Virus record (IMG/VR): IMGVR_UViG_3300029305_001437
Reading direction: 5' to 3' (one strand)
Length of the DNA: 64,000 nt
Source: an uncultured virus (IMG/VR IMGVR_UViG_3300029305_001437)
Lineage: Duplodnaviria; Heunggongvirae; Uroviricota; Caudoviricetes
A program made the translations under genes and the position numbers. Positions 7,898 through 20,977 of the stretch are shown piece after piece. The number at the start of each line of letters is the position of its first letter. Position 1 is the stretch's first letter. The notes below the pieces were generated by a model that was not told the DNA's origin, did not search any database, and saw nothing but the letters and a program-made list of their open reading frames with translations.

Positions 7898-10800
7898 ATG
7901 GACGAACAGATGATCCAGGCGAAATTCCAGAAGGCTCAGGCCGATAGCATCCGCTACGGCATTTGCTACATCCTCAGCAACGGCAAAGACCTGCAGACGG
8001 CAGTGACCGAGCAGCTCAAGGAAGACCTGAAAGAGAAGGGCTACTGGGTGGCCTTGATCTTCCAGAATGGCTACAAGGTAGACTTGTAAGGAGGATCCGG
8101 AATGAGACGAAAGAACGGACGGACCGCAAAGGTCCTGAACCAGTCCTGGCACGGAATTGCCCGTTGGGTAGTCCAGCACTATCTGGACGATTGCCTGATC
8201 TGTGAAACGGTTCGTAACAGCCGACAGGCTGCAAGAAAGGTAGCCCAGAACTACATCGCAACCGGGATGATCCCGCTGAACTAAGGAGGAACAGAAATGA
8301 TTGATCTTCGTAAGTACGAAAGTCTGATCCGGGAGCTGGTCGAAAAGGAAAGCGAAAAAGACCGGAATTGGAAATGGTCGATCAAGTACCTCGGAAAGTC
8401 GGTTGTCAGGATCGGCTGGGGCTACCTGAACTACATCGGCGAGAAGGATACCTTCAAGCTGGAGATGCAGAATGAGGAACCTGGTTCCGGAGTTGGTGAC
8501 TGGCTTTGGGCGAAATCCCCCAACGGCGAATATGAGTGCTACTTGGTAGTCGAAGGCAAGCCGAACCCCCGGATCGGTGCTGAGATGAATATCGAGAACG
8601 CAATCCGTGATGCGATTTGGGAGATCTCCTACATCGCACACAGCAGATATTGATAGGAGGAAACGACAATGAAACTGTACCTGGTTCAGGAGAAGCTCCC
8701 CGACGGAGAAATGTTCGCCAAGATGAAACCCGCAACCGAAATCATCAACGACTTCGGCTTCCGGGATTGTACCGACGCCGAATACGAGGTCTACGATGTG
8801 AGCGAGTTCGGCAAGATCGTCAAGCTGGAGCACTGGCCGGCAATCTCGGCCCCGTTCAACTACCATCGGTTCGTCAATCCCGAAAGCGGCGAGATCGTAT
8901 TTGAGGGTTACAGCCCGGAGCATTAAGGAGGACGATATGACAGAGATCAGTATTGAACGATATGCCCAAAAGGTGCAGGAAGCGGCAAAGAAGTACCCCG
9001 GAGCTAAGATCACCAGCGTTGGCTTTGGAGCCGTAGATCGTCAGTGGGTGTATTTCCTGTTTATGAAGAAGGGCGAGGTTGAAATCAAAGTGACGATACC
9101 CGCCGAGGAGGAATGAGGATGAACGCAATGAAAAATGTGCGGCCCGAACAGGTGAAGCACTTGATCGTCAAGAGCATCGAGGAGTTCCAGAAGGATGTAA
9201 GATCCGCAGTTCACAAGAGTGCGTACCCCTTCGTTACCTGCGGCAAGGTTGAGTTCTTCGATGACATTGGCTACCGCAGCAAGTATGAAACAATGCTAAG
9301 ACTGTCCGAATACTACGGTGTGGAAGTCGTGGCTGTTGAACCGGAGGACGAAGTCGAGGCGAAGAATATCTTGATTGAGTTCACCGATAAAGAAGTAAAA
9401 TCCGAAACCTGAATTATAGGAGGACAAAGAAATGGTAGGCAAGATGATGTTCGTAGCTGTAAGCAAACCCGTTGTTTCCAGAAGAAAGCCCGAGGCTCCC
9501 GAGGTCGACGCAGACCAGGTGGTCTTGCAGATGGTGAACTCTGCGACCCGCAAGCGTATCAATGAGCAGAAGAAGCAGGAGCTGATCCACCGGATCGAGG
9601 AGCTCCAGCGTCGTGAAGCGGCTGTGCTTCGCCGTGAACAGGTCGTAGGCCGCAAGGAAGCTAAGCAGAGAGCTTGGGACAGACGGGTCAACCTCATTGT
9701 TGACAGTCTGCTTGTCCTGTTCTCCACGATCGGTATGGTCGTGACTGTCATGTTCCTATTGGGACTGTGAGGTTGATATGAGTAAGACGGTAGACGGTGT
9801 TCGGTACTTCGTTTGCAAGAAGTGCGGACAGCCTAAGCAGGAAGGTATCGCTCACTGGAAGAAGAAAAGTCAGAAAGATAAGAATGTCTGCCTCGACTGC
9901 ATCAAGCGGCGGAAGATTATGGAGCAGACCCGTGAGGAGATGGGGCTGAGCATCGGCTCCTTCTTCGGCAGATACAGAATGTGAGGTGCTATATGGCAGT
10001 GAATGTAAAGAAACTGGCAGAGTGCGTGTATGACATTACATCGGTCGCCTGCCACGCTCTGTTCGCAGATCCGGACAGAAAAGAGCAGGACATCGACTCC
10101 AGAGCATTGTTCGACGACATCTATGGATGGGCTCAGGAGTTCGAGAGGGAGAACCCGGACCCGGTTGATTATATGCTGGAGATCGAGATCTTCGCATACA
10201 AGAAACTGCGTGAGAATGGCTATATGCCAGAAGGGGGTGACGACGATGATGGTTGCGTTTAAGATCCTGATGTTCATCTGTGCGATCCTGTCCTTCTTTG
10301 GCAGTATGGGCGAGAAAGACACGGCAAAGCAGAAGATGCAGCTTGCTATCTTCGCATCTTCCGGTGTTTTGTTCCTTTTAGCCGAAGCGGTCACGAAATT
10401 CATTCATTGAGAGGTGATACAGAGTGGAAAGACGGAGAAGGAAAAGGTGCAGATTTCCCGCTGGTGTTACCATCAAACCGGATGGGGTGAACAGTCTTGC
10501 CCCTTGTGTGTACGAAACCAAGGAGATCCATCGCAATGTAACGGTAGAAGTCTGCCAGTGCAAAGTGTGTGGACATATTGAATTATTTTGGACGCCGCAA
10601 GAAGACAGCGAACACGAGATCATCGCTGAGCTTCAACCGGTGCCCGAAGACGAATAGGAGGTGAAATAGAATGGACCATATCGAACAGAGAGTGCAGACC
10701 CTGGTGGCGTTCATCCGGAACGCCTGCCGCATTTGCGGCCTGAACATCACGATCTTCGACGGCAAGATCGGCTTCGTCGATCAGGAAGCAAAGAAGATTG

Positions 10801-12856
10801 TGGCAGCCTGGGCACCGGAGTACACGGTGGACGACATCCCCGAGAAGAAAGAGGAGGTAGCGGAATGAGTGACCTGCCTCGTTCTCTGCGGGAACTGAGT
10901 GAGTTCCTGATGCCGCAAAACGCAGAGCTTGTCCGGTTGGCGGCAGACAGCATCGAGAGCCTTGAAGCTCAGAACGACCGCCTGAAAGGGGCGTTGCAGG
11001 AGTGGATCGACGGAAAGTGTATTTCACAGAAGTACCTGACTATGATCGGCGATCTACAACAAAGCCTTGCTAAGGCTAAACACGAGCGGGCTTTGGCAGT
11101 CGACGACGCTGCGGTCGCAAACAATATTCTTAAACTGGTGTATGACCACCTAAGGTCGTGTCCTGGAATGACTGGAGGCGAAGACTGAATGTTGGATACA
11201 TCGAATAGAGCTGACTACAAGAGAGGCGGCTACCTTTTCGTAGAGTGCCTCTGTTGTGGAGAGCGTTTCAACGCAGGTCGTGGAGGCAACGGTGCTGGTG
11301 TTAGGTACTGTGCGGCTCTCAAGAACGACTGGTGGGCAAGGCACACCGGGCAGAAAAGCCCTGAGGTTGTCCATGTATGCGACGACGATGTTAAGCTCTG
11401 CAGTAAATTGAACCCGGAGGAGATCAGGAATGAGTAAGATTACCCAAGAACAGTATTTGCAGATCAAGGAAGCAAGATCCATCCAGGAGAGGGCTCAGTT
11501 GTTGGAAGAATACGCAGGCATCGAAACCCGGCCATACACGGGATGCCAGTATTTTTGCGGCGGTAATTTCGTTGGCGACGACAGCGAGTACACCTTGGAT
11601 GAAGTCCTGAAAAATGCGTTTGTGGAGGTGGAAGAATGAGCTTCGGAGTACCGAAATACGAGATCCCGAAGAATGTAAGGTGGGAGCCACCGGCACCCAA
11701 GAAGGTGGCGATCACTACATCCGATTACCGCCCCTGCAGCGTGGATGGCATCAAGGCAATCTTCCACCGGTGGGCTGAAAAGTCCTGGGTCGTTCCGCCC
11801 TCACCGTTGGTAGGCGGTCATTCCGGAGGCACCGTTCGTGGCGTGTTCGCCATCATTGAGATGGAGGACGGCACGGTTCGTGAGGTAGAGCCTACGCAGA
11901 TCAAGTTCGACACGACAGACCGGCGATTTGAAACGCTGAGGCGGCATTGTCTTGGCCAGTTTGAGGATGAGTGATATGGGAAAGTATTACTCGTCCGATA
12001 TTACCTGGTGCAGTTGCGGCTGCGCCAATAAGGACTGCTCCTGCAATATCTGCCACCTTGACCGTTTAAGGGGGCGTGGCTATTACAGCCAAGCTGATTA
12101 CAGCAGTAAGTGCCCGAACTACAAACCGAAAGGAACGAAGAAAAGCGATGTTACACAGTAACCAGAAGTTTTGTATATCCTGTGAGGAGGAACACCTCAA
12201 AGAAGTCGTGCAGCTGATACTCGGAATGGAGGGTAGCGGCAAAAAGTGCAGACCGCTTGCTTACCAGATAGTCGGTGATCGGTTTGTGGTAGGCTATTAC
12301 TACGACGAACCGAAACCGGGCTGGACCAAGTTTATGTTCGGTGAAAAAACTGGCATTGAGCTGATCCTGGCTGCGATCAAACAGTTCACCCACGACAACC
12401 CGTCCCACGAGTATAATGGGGGAGACGGATCGTTCTATCCTGGCTATCTCGTAGAAACTGTAAAAGAAAGCCTTGCAGATGTGTCGGAAGGCATTAAGAA
12501 CCCTTGGTACGGCATCTTCTCTGTCAGGGCGTACAACTGCTACTACTCGAAGTAGGTGCCCTATGACGAGAAAAAAGTTCATCAAGAGATATATGGCATA
12601 CGGGATGCCAAGAAATGCCGCTAAGTGGCTTGCAAGAGAGGCAGTCAAAGCGATGGGTTCGTATGGCAGTTTTGCGGAAGCGGATTGCTGCAGGCTATCA
12701 AATGGGCTGACTATCCGGAATGTGCTGATAGACAGATCTTCTATTCAGCCCAAGCAAGAAACTGAGTGGAAAAGAACCGATTTATCAAGGTGGTGCGACT
12801 CACAGAGGACACTTGCACCAGCTTATGAGACCAAGTTGAAGATGTGCAGCCCTTGA
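7898..12856 (+). other. Operon of about 19 short hypothetical ORFs (7898-8089, 8102-8284, 8297-8653, 8669-8926, 8937-9116, 9113-9412, 9432-9770, 9778-9984, 9993-10262, 10246-10410, 10424-10657, 10671-10868, 10865-11188, 11189-11437, 11430-11639, 11636-11974, 11976-12161, 12148-12555, 12563-12856)
   Basis: Abutting or overlapping ORFs, nearly all preceded by a GGAGG-like RBS. Confidence 0.8.
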
Positions 12857-12865
12857 GCGTCAGTT

Positions 12866-12930
12866 AGGAGCCAACACAGCGAACCCGGACATACACTCCA
12901 TCATTAGGCTCCGCTCTATCAGCTCCATTC
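12866..12930 (+). repeat. Dispersed intergenic element, family A (divergent copy)
   Basis: AGGAGCCAA...GACATAC..CATCATT..ATCAGCTCCATT matches the copies at 19717 and 63705. Confidence 0.6.
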
Positions 12931-12950
12931 TGTTTGTAGGAGGTGGAAAC

Positions 12951-13472
12951 TTGAGTAAATATACCTTGTACCGGATATATTACGGCGACGACATCGTCTA
13001 CATAGGTAGGACGAAGCAACCGTTGCAGAACCGTATCCGTGGGCATCTGTTCGCAAAGCCGATGCACAGAACCATTGCTATCAGTCAGGTGTCGAAGATC
13101 GAATACGCAGAGTTCCAGACCGAAGCGGATATGAACCTGTACGAGATCTACTTCATACTGAAGGTGAAACCTCCGTTAAATGTCGATGATAAGACACGGG
13201 ACGAGCTGACGGTCAGCCTTCCGGATGTGGAGTGGAAACGGTGGAGGACGCACCTTTGGGAGAAATGGAAGGATGAGATCCTGCACCGGGAAACCGAGTA
13301 CGATAAGATGAAGCGAAGGTATCACGAGATACCGGAAGCCAAGAGCGTTCTGCGGTCGATGTATGAAATGGGAGAAATCGACGAGAGCGAACTACGGCGA
13401 GGTCTTAGGGAGCTCGACAAGGAACGCAACATCCTGTACGACAAGATGCGTGGCAATCCACAGCTTTGGTAA
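12951..13472 (+). CDS. GIY-YIG nuclease-domain protein
   Basis: TLYRIYYGDDIVYIGRT...R..GH...E...I...P.LN. Confidence 0.75.
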   Translation: MSKYTLYRIYYGDDIVYIGRTKQPLQNRIRGHLFAKPMHRTIAISQVSKIEYAEFQTEADMNLYEIYFILKVKPPLNVDDKTRDELTVSLPDVEWKRWRTHLWEKWKDEILHRETEYDKMKRRYHEIPEAKSVLRSMYEMGEIDESELRRGLRELDKERNILYDKMRGNPQLW

Positions 13473-13478
13473 GATGAA

Positions 13479-13518
13479 GAAGACGGAGACCGAGGGAACT
13501 CGATCTCCGTCTTTTGTT
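13479..13518. terminator. Hairpin terminator between convergent genes
   Basis: AAGACGGAGA.CGAG...CTCG.TCTCCGTCTTTT. Confidence 0.7.
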
Positions 13519-13521
13519 GCT

Positions 13522-14535
13522 TCAGGGGTTGAGCGTATGGTAAAGGGCATCAGATGCCTTCTCATTGGAGCACATGAACTGGATGTTCAGGCCACTGGGG
13601 GAGGAAATGTGGATGTTGCCGTATTTCATCACCGGGTACTGCCGATTGTTTGCATAACGGCGATCAGGAGAGCCGTCGTTGTTTGCGTATGCCCAGACCT
13701 GCTTCACCAGCTCGGAGTCCCGGGGGACGGGGCCGGTCTCCAAGAAGCCGATGGCAGTGATGTCGATCTTTGCTTCGTTGTAGTCGATGGCACCGAGCTT
13801 TCCCTTGTTGAATACGAGGATCCGATCGGGCATTATGGCGAAGCGGCAGTTTTGTAAGGTGAATACAACAGGCTTGATATTTGTCCGGAGATACCAAGGC
13901 AGCTTGCCTCCGGACTTGACCTTGACGGTCGAAACGGAGTGCTCGATGCCGGCGTTCGTCCGGGTATCCTGGGCCTTGGCGTTTGCGGTGATCTCCTGCA
14001 AGGACTGACTGGATGCAACGGCTCTCCAGGCGGCGGATAGCTTGTTCCATTTCGCTTGCTCTACATCGTCGAACTCGTGCTCAATGTAGTTGCGGCTCAG
14101 GATGAACAAGGCAGCACAGGCAGCGACGCAGATGTAGAAGAAGACCATACCGACTTGAGAGCTTAGGGCAGTCAGGATCACGGCAGCAATGCGGACGATG
14201 TTGGCGAACTTGATCTGCTTGAACAGCTCCTCGTAGGCTCCGGAACGCAGCTTGTCGATGTCAGCGGATTTGACCTGCTCGACATCGGTGTATCCTGCGT
14301 AGGGATCTACCGGCTCTACCTGTGCAGCAGTCCTGGAGGATCCTCTGTGTGGACCGTGTTCGTCTACATAGCTGATGCCGGTGCCGGGTAGGGACACCGT
14401 CTGGCGGGTGCGACCATCTGCTGTCTTGGTGATGGTGTAACCTTTGACGCCCCAGCTGTAACCGATACCCTTCGTACTCAGGTTTACCCTGAAACCTCCA
14501 CCGAGCCGTATGCTTTTCCTGTATCTAAAGCCCAT
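13522..14535 (-). CDS. DUF4236-domain membrane protein (moron)
   Basis: MGFRYRKSIRLGGGFRVNLS...LPGTGISY N-terminus, two TM segments, GGAGG RBS. Confidence 0.85.
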   Translation of the reverse strand: MGFRYRKSIRLGGGFRVNLSTKGIGYSWGVKGYTITKTADGRTRQTVSLPGTGISYVDEHGPHRGSSRTAAQVEPVDPYAGYTDVEQVKSADIDKLRSGAYEELFKQIKFANIVRIAAVILTALSSQVGMVFFYICVAACAALFILSRNYIEHEFDDVEQAKWNKLSAAWRAVASSQSLQEITANAKAQDTRTNAGIEHSVSTVKVKSGGKLPWYLRTNIKPVVFTLQNCRFAIMPDRILVFNKGKLGAIDYNEAKIDITAIGFLETGPVPRDSELVKQVWAYANNDGSPDRRYANNRQYPVMKYGNIHISSPSGLNIQFMCSNEKASDALYHTLNP

Positions 14536-14624
14536 AAGTATACCTCCGTATGGCTGGAATTGATAAGATTTATTGTACCAAGGCAGATTTTGGGTGTCAA
14601 CGAACATCTGGGTAACAGAAATTA

Positions 14625-14700
14625 CCGAATACAGCGTTTTCTGCGGATCTCAGCAATACTTACCTCATTCGGACATCGGCAATCAGCTCCAAACTGTTCG
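14625..14700 (+). repeat. Dispersed intergenic element, family A
   Basis: CCGAATACAGCG...AGCAATACTTACCTCATTCGG...CGGCAATCAGCTCC. Confidence 0.75.
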
Positions 14701-14815
14701 CTTACAGGACACATCTTGTCTGCAAGAAGGGCACGGATTTTGAAGTCGATCAGGTGCGTTTGGTAAACGGAAACGAGGACGGAGAAAAATATTTTCGGAA
14801 ATCACGAAATTACTA

Positions 14816-14843
14816 TTGACACCGGAGGTAGGTATGTTAAAGT
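14816..14843 (+). promoter_or_regulatory. Early-type promoter P2
   Basis: TTGACA-ccggaggtaggtatgt(16)-TAAAGT. Confidence 0.75.
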
Positions 14844-14888
14844 ATAGTTAAGGAAGAAATTCCAGACCAGTATTAGGAGGAACCCGCA

Positions 14889-17800
14889 ATGAAAGAAACG
14901 ATGATTACCCCTGATGGATTGAAGCTGACCGCCAAATATCGTGCGGTCTATCAGAACCGCAATATGAAAGCCGAAGGTCGCTGTATGTGCGTCAGCAACC
15001 CGAAGAAGCAGGGTCAGGGCTTGGCAGCGTCACAGCTGTTCGACACACCGGAGGAGGCAAAGGCTGAACTGGTGAAGCTGATCCGGAAATACAACAAGGG
15101 TGCCCGGATCGAGACCACCGCTTGCGGTATGATCGGCATTGATCTCGTTATCAACGAGGAAGATGCAAAGTATATGGAGATCGTCTACTGGGAGATCGAG
15201 AAGCAGTGGCGTAGCAACTGGGAAGTCGTGGACAGCCCGGAACACCCCGCTAAATCCGAATAAACCAGCGGCACGAGGCGTAAATGAAAAAGACCTAAAT
15301 CTACATACCCCGAATAAAAGTGGCTCCCAGGGGCGGCAAACGCCCTTGGGTTGCCAATCGGTAAACAGAAAGGAAGCAGCGGTAATGACGAAGAAGCAGA
15401 TGGAAGCCTTGAAACCCGGCGACATCGTAGTCGAAAAGGCGACAGGCGACCAGTTTAAGTTCGTGAACCTGGCAGAAGTGAAAGATGTAAAGTTCCTGCC
15501 GGGACGAGTAGATTTCACCAACCCGAGAAAAGAGCTCGCCGTCGAACTGATCCCTGGGTTTGAGTATTCCAGAAAGATGTATCCAGGCGGAAAGTATTTC
15601 TACTTCAAGCATACACAGATGGCGGTGAAGGAGGAGCAATGAACAAGTACGAGAAGATCTACAATGAAGCTGCCAGAAACGGCGGAAATCCAAAGTGGAT
15701 GAACACCTGCATCAGGCCGCTTGCGGCTGACCTTGAAGAACTGACCGGACTGAAAGCGGAAGTGAGTGGTCCTTACGGCCTCCGGGCAGAGTGTGTTATC
15801 TACCTGAACAAGGATGGCGGAGAAGGCAATCGGAAGTACCTGGTCCTGACACCGGACTTCTATCACAAGGATAACCATATTGAAATCCAGTTTTTCTACG
15901 ATACGGGCGAAACGGATGAGAGATACCCGGCGAACTCCTTGGGCGATTACAACGGATTCAACAATGTGTCGGCAAGGCTTCCGGATACCCTTGAAGAAAT
16001 TGCGGCACTGCTACGAACCTACTAAGGAGGCGAAGATATGAGACTGAAAGTTAATGACACCAACGAGTTCAACCTGACACTGGATCTGAATGTCGACTAT
16101 GAGAATGAGCGTATCACCGCAGTTGTTCACTTCTGGAATAAGCTGCAACACCAGACAACGACCTGGGAGTACGCAGCAAACGAGTTCGATCAGGCATTGG
16201 CGACATACCGCCAGCTCGAAAAGACCTACTTTGGTGGCAAATAGGAGGTAAGGCTATGTACAAAATTTGGTTCCGTTACATCAAGGGCGGCAAGGTCGTA
16301 TCCGAAGGCCAGTCGTACAATAGCTACGAAAGAAAGTGCGATGCGACTCGGGTTGCGAAGAAGCAGTTCACCGATCTTTCGGAAGAAACTACCTGCGAGT
16401 GGGTGGTTGCCCGTGAGTACCCTTGGGAAGATAAGGAGGTTTAGAAATGCAAGAATGGGCATACGAGAAAGCGAAGATGGCTGTCGAAGATAATGAGTGC
16501 AATGTAGAGGAGATCTACCACGGCATTGCTTTCCTCTACCACACAGACATTATCAGCCACGAACAGTATAAGAACCTGATGAAGCTGTTCGATGAGAAGC
16601 ACTACGGGTACATGGTGGGGGCGAGCTACGAATGAAAAGTCTGAAGAAGCGGTTGATCCAGAAAGCCGAGGAGCTCGACTGGAATGTAACGGTTGAGAAA
16701 AAGGAATGGACATTCCAACAGCACTCGCCAGCCGGTGAGGATTTCTTCTTCTATATCACCGTGGAGAACCCGAAGGATCTGTGGCGTGAAGTGCGTAGAT
16801 ATGCAAACGACTTCGACCCCGATGAACACATCGAGATGTGGGTTGAAGCCAAGCATAACGGCAGAGAAGGCATCCCCAGTATCCGTGAGCTTGTCGAAGA
16901 CGCAGACGAAATCGACAAGATGCTGGATGCACTGGCAGATGCTCTGTACGAGGTAACCGAGGAGGGAAAAGAATGAGCAACGAGTTCAAGAACACCTGCG
17001 TGAAATCCACGCAGATCTATTCGCCGCAGGCGTTCGTGGAAGCGGTGACGGGATATTGTTACTGCTTCAATCACGAGGATACGATAAAGGAGATCGAGCA
17101 GAAGCTGGAACGGCACTGCTCCCAGACCCTTTGGAACTACCCGATCACGGAGATCGAGCACATTGTTGAGAACGGGCTTAGCGTGGTGCTGGTGGATGTA
17201 ACCGGTATGTACGGCGGTAGCGAGATGGTTCGGATGTACCGGTGGTTCGAGGTGCCCGAAGGTTTTGAGGAGGGCGGAGAATGATCGTTGGTACTAAAGT
17301 CTGCCCCGAATGTCGCTACTATGTAAGCGTGAATGTCCAGTTCAACAAAGACGGCCAACCGTTTTGGGTTTGTCCGCACTGCGGCAAGGTCAACAAGGAG
17401 CATAACTGGTATGAGTATGTCAGCCACAAGGAGGCTATCGAGATCATCGAGCACCGTGGCCGGCGTGGCTTGTTTGTAGAGAACACCGGTTCCAAGTTCG
17501 TCGGCATCGATAATTCGACCGGTGATGCCTGGACTGAGGAGTTCGCAAGCATTACAGAGTGCTTGCGATGGTTGGCCGGGGAACATAAGGCAGCCATCGA
17601 GCAGAACCGGCGGAAAGATGGATATGTTACCGGCGGCGGTCCTGCTGAGGATGTTGAGCTCTGCCTGCACCGGTGCCTTAGCTGCGGCCATACCTGGTAC
17701 GAGGACTGCAATGCGGAGAAGAACCCGGGCTGGTGCCCCGGATGCGGCAAGGAATTGAAAAGAAAGGCAGCGTGGTACGGAAATGACAAAGGATGAATTG

Positions 17801-19709
17801 AGAGAATGTTTCCACCAAGGGTTTACGCTTGAATGGGCGTTACCGCCTACGCAGGGGCAGGAGTGCCTGATCTACAAGGCGGAGCAGTTTAGAACGGACG
17901 ATACGATCATCTACATCCCGGATATGACCCTGAACAACATCACGGTGTTCTCGGTGCCGGTAGATGAAGATGTTGACTACACCCTGAACCGTTGCTATAC
18001 CGGTGCCGATTTTGTTGAGCTCTGTGAGGGCGACGAAGCTCTTGCCTACCGGTTGTTCTGTTACTGCGACTGGCAGCATCCCAGTTCTGCGTTCCCCGAA
18101 GTCGATTATGACGACGAGGAGGACAAGGCGTGGGTGAAGCAAGCCTACGAGACTGCAAAGAAAGAAGGTAGAGTGTATGTTAAAGCTCAGTGACCTGATC
18201 CAGCTTGAAAAGAAGGTGGACATCGACATCGGCAAGGCTCATTGGCAGGATACCGATGTGGAATTAGGTAGGATCCGCACCGTAGTTGAGATGGACGGGC
18301 GGTATTACCTCCGGGAGCTCACCGATGGAGAGATCACAGCGTTCTTTGAGGTTGCGGTAGACTGGAAGATCAACGCACAGAAGACGCAGTTTGCTTTCAC
18401 CCCTGATGATCGCCACATTTACTACTTCTGCACAGGCCAGAAGATCCGGTACTCAGTCCGGTGCCTGGATTACGACCAGGTAAAGACCGGCGACACCTGT
18501 ACATACAACGGAATGACCGCTGAGTTCGTTCACGATGGCAAGATCAGGCTCAACGGCAAGGATATTCCGGTCCAGACTGACCCGAATTACACTTACAGCC
18601 TGCTGAAAAAGAAGATCAAAGCCATCGGCGGAGCCCGGGGGCTGTTTATCTTCCTTGACCAGATTGCAGAAGAAGCAACAACAGGTACGCTGCCGCTGTT
18701 CGAGGCGGTTTGGAAGAAAATTGCCGATCAATACGGCGTATAAGACTGGAGGTACAGTATGGCAAAGGAAATTCCGTTTGAAGGAGAAGCTGTTACCCGT
18801 TTTCGGGTGTACCCGACAGCAATGGACAACATCCTGTTCACATTCTGCGTCCTTGGCGAGAAGGAAAAGAGATGGTGGGAGAAGACTTTTGTTCCCGCCT
18901 GCCATAATGTGAAGCATTACTGGGAACTGGTGTCCAAGGGCAAGACCCTGTGCGTCATCGACAAGGCCACGGGGAACACACATCACATCGACAGCGAGAA
19001 TTTGATGCAGGGCATCCGGATGTGGATCGAAAGTGGTGAGGGGACGATCACAAATGGCTCAATCGACATCCGCTATGATGAAACCAGAGCCGATCACATC
19101 GTACAGTATGCGATTTTCGGGAGGGTTAAGTATGAGTTGGGTTAGATTACCTTGCTCCACCAAGGAAAACGACATCGGGAAGAAGAACTGCGACTGGGTC
19201 ATTGAGCAGGCGAGAGAGGTAAAGGCTCTGCTGTCCTATAATTCCGCACCTATGATCGCTGCGAACCGGGTTAGAGCCCTGTCTGCGATTGAAACAGCTA
19301 TGAGTTCCCTGCGGGATCTACAGGCGTACATCGAAAGCGTGTAGGAGGTAGCGTTTATGAAAGAATTTACCGTTAAGGTTGTCGCTCAGATGACCGGCTA
19401 TGCCCACATTGAAGCAGCAAGCGAAGATGAGGCTATCCGGAAGGCGAAGGAACTGTACGAGAACCGGGAAATGGACTGGTATGAAGAAAAACTCGCATCC
19501 TGTGAGGTGGAGGATTGAAAACAATGGTGAAGAAGGTTAAGGACTTCTTGTTGATGGTGCTGGCTACCCTGATAGCCCTGCCGTTCTTGATTATTGGATT
19601 TGTACGATGGCTCGTTCTTCCGTCGCCTGACGATTGCAAGGGCTGCCCGAAGGCAGGAGAAAACTGCGGCGACTGCAAGAGTCACCCAAGGAATTTTCCG
19701 GACTGGTAA
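14889..19709 (+). other. Operon of about 15 short hypothetical ORFs (14889-15263, 15385-15642, 15639-16025, 16038-16244, 16256-16444, 16447-16635, 16632-16976, 16973-17284, 17281-17796, 17783-18193, 18177-18743, 18759-19145, 19132-19344, 19357-19518, 19524-19709)
   Basis: Tightly packed ORFs with RBS. Confidence 0.8.
15265..15364 (+). repeat. Family B-like element followed by operator variant TTGCCAATCGGTAA (15351-15364)
   Basis: GGCACGAGG is shared with the 26670 copy; ends GCGGCAAACGCCC. Confidence 0.5.
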
Positions 19710-19716
19710 TGTCCGT

Positions 19717-19790
19717 AGGAGCCAAAACTGCGGATGCTGACATACCTACACTCATCCGGAACCCGGCAAATTGCTCCATCAGGCAATTCG
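19717..19790 (+). repeat. Dispersed intergenic element, family A
   Basis: CTGCGGAT...CATACCTACACTCATCCGGAACCCGGCAAATTGCTCCAT. Confidence 0.7.
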
Positions 19791-19853
19791 GGTTCCGTTT
19801 GTCAGCGAATACGAATACTTTTGAAAATATTTTGAAAAAATCCGTAATTCTTA

Positions 19854-19881
19854 TTGACTTAGGCGGTAGGTAAGTTAAGAT
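19854..19881 (+). promoter_or_regulatory. Early-type promoter P3
   Basis: TTGACT-taggcggtaggtaagt(16)-TAAGAT. Confidence 0.85.
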
Positions 19882-20963
19882 AAGTATGTAGATAAACCAC
19901 CCCGAATAACAAGGAGGAAACGAAATGGAACTGAAGCTCGTTGAAGCATTTGAGGTAGACGACAGAAAGGTTGACCGTTACGAGATCGGCGATTATGAAG
20001 TGATTGCCCGGACATATAGCTGGGGTTGTCGAGTAGAAGTTAGCACCGTGAACAGAGAAAGATATTTGCCTGACATCTACTGCAGAACCGACGGAGGTGA
20101 AATCGTCGGATTTAAGGTGCAGACCACATCCTACGGTACACTTCCGGTCGACGAGGTAAAGAAGGTCGTCGATGGACTGAACGAGGCAATCGAGGTTGTC
20201 GAGATCCTGACCAAGACCTTCGTTGGGAAGTAAGACTGGAGGTGTACAAGATGACCCTGAGTGGAATGAAGGCGATCCGGTACTTCTCTTGGATGAATGA
20301 TTTCCTCGATTTCACGGTGATCGTTCCAGAGAAGCAGGCGGACGAGGCAGCCGAGCTGATTAAGAAGGCTCTCGATATGTACTGGGACGATGAATACGAA
20401 ACCTACGGCGACGCAGTATACGGCGAACTCAACGGTGCTGGTATCCCGTTCTTTATGATCGGGCAGCCGTGGAACGATAAGAGCGATTGCCCGGACACGA
20501 GCGTAATGGACTACGAGAAGTGGCTGGATGAATTTGACGAGGGTGATGTCATCACCTTGCACAGCTGATAGGAGGAACTGAAATGAAAGCAATCCTGTAT
20601 GTGGATGACGGATACGGTGATTTCTACGAGATTGGCCAGTACCCGAATATGATCGCCGCTGAAAAGGCGATGTACCAGTCCTACGACGGCGGAAAGCACG
20701 AAGACCACCGGATTAAGTGGGATGGTAGGCTGTACCATTACCCGTCTTACAAGCTCTGCTTGTCCCCTTGCCGCAGATGCGGAGAAGAAGCCAGAGTCAA
20801 CGAAATGCAGCTGACCCACGACTGCCACGGGATCCCGTACCGGAGTGTATGCCCGAAGTGCTACGACCAAGTTCGGCGGATCGGATACGACGGTGTTAGG
20901 TACGGTGTTGGAGACGAGAACCTCGACTACGATTACTGATCGTAGTTTTTTGATAGCCAGGAG

Positions 20964-20977
20964 TTACCGATTGGTAA
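20964..20977. promoter_or_regulatory. Putative repressor operator
   Basis: TTACCGATTGGTAA, exact reverse complement of 7849-7862, intergenic. Confidence 0.7.
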
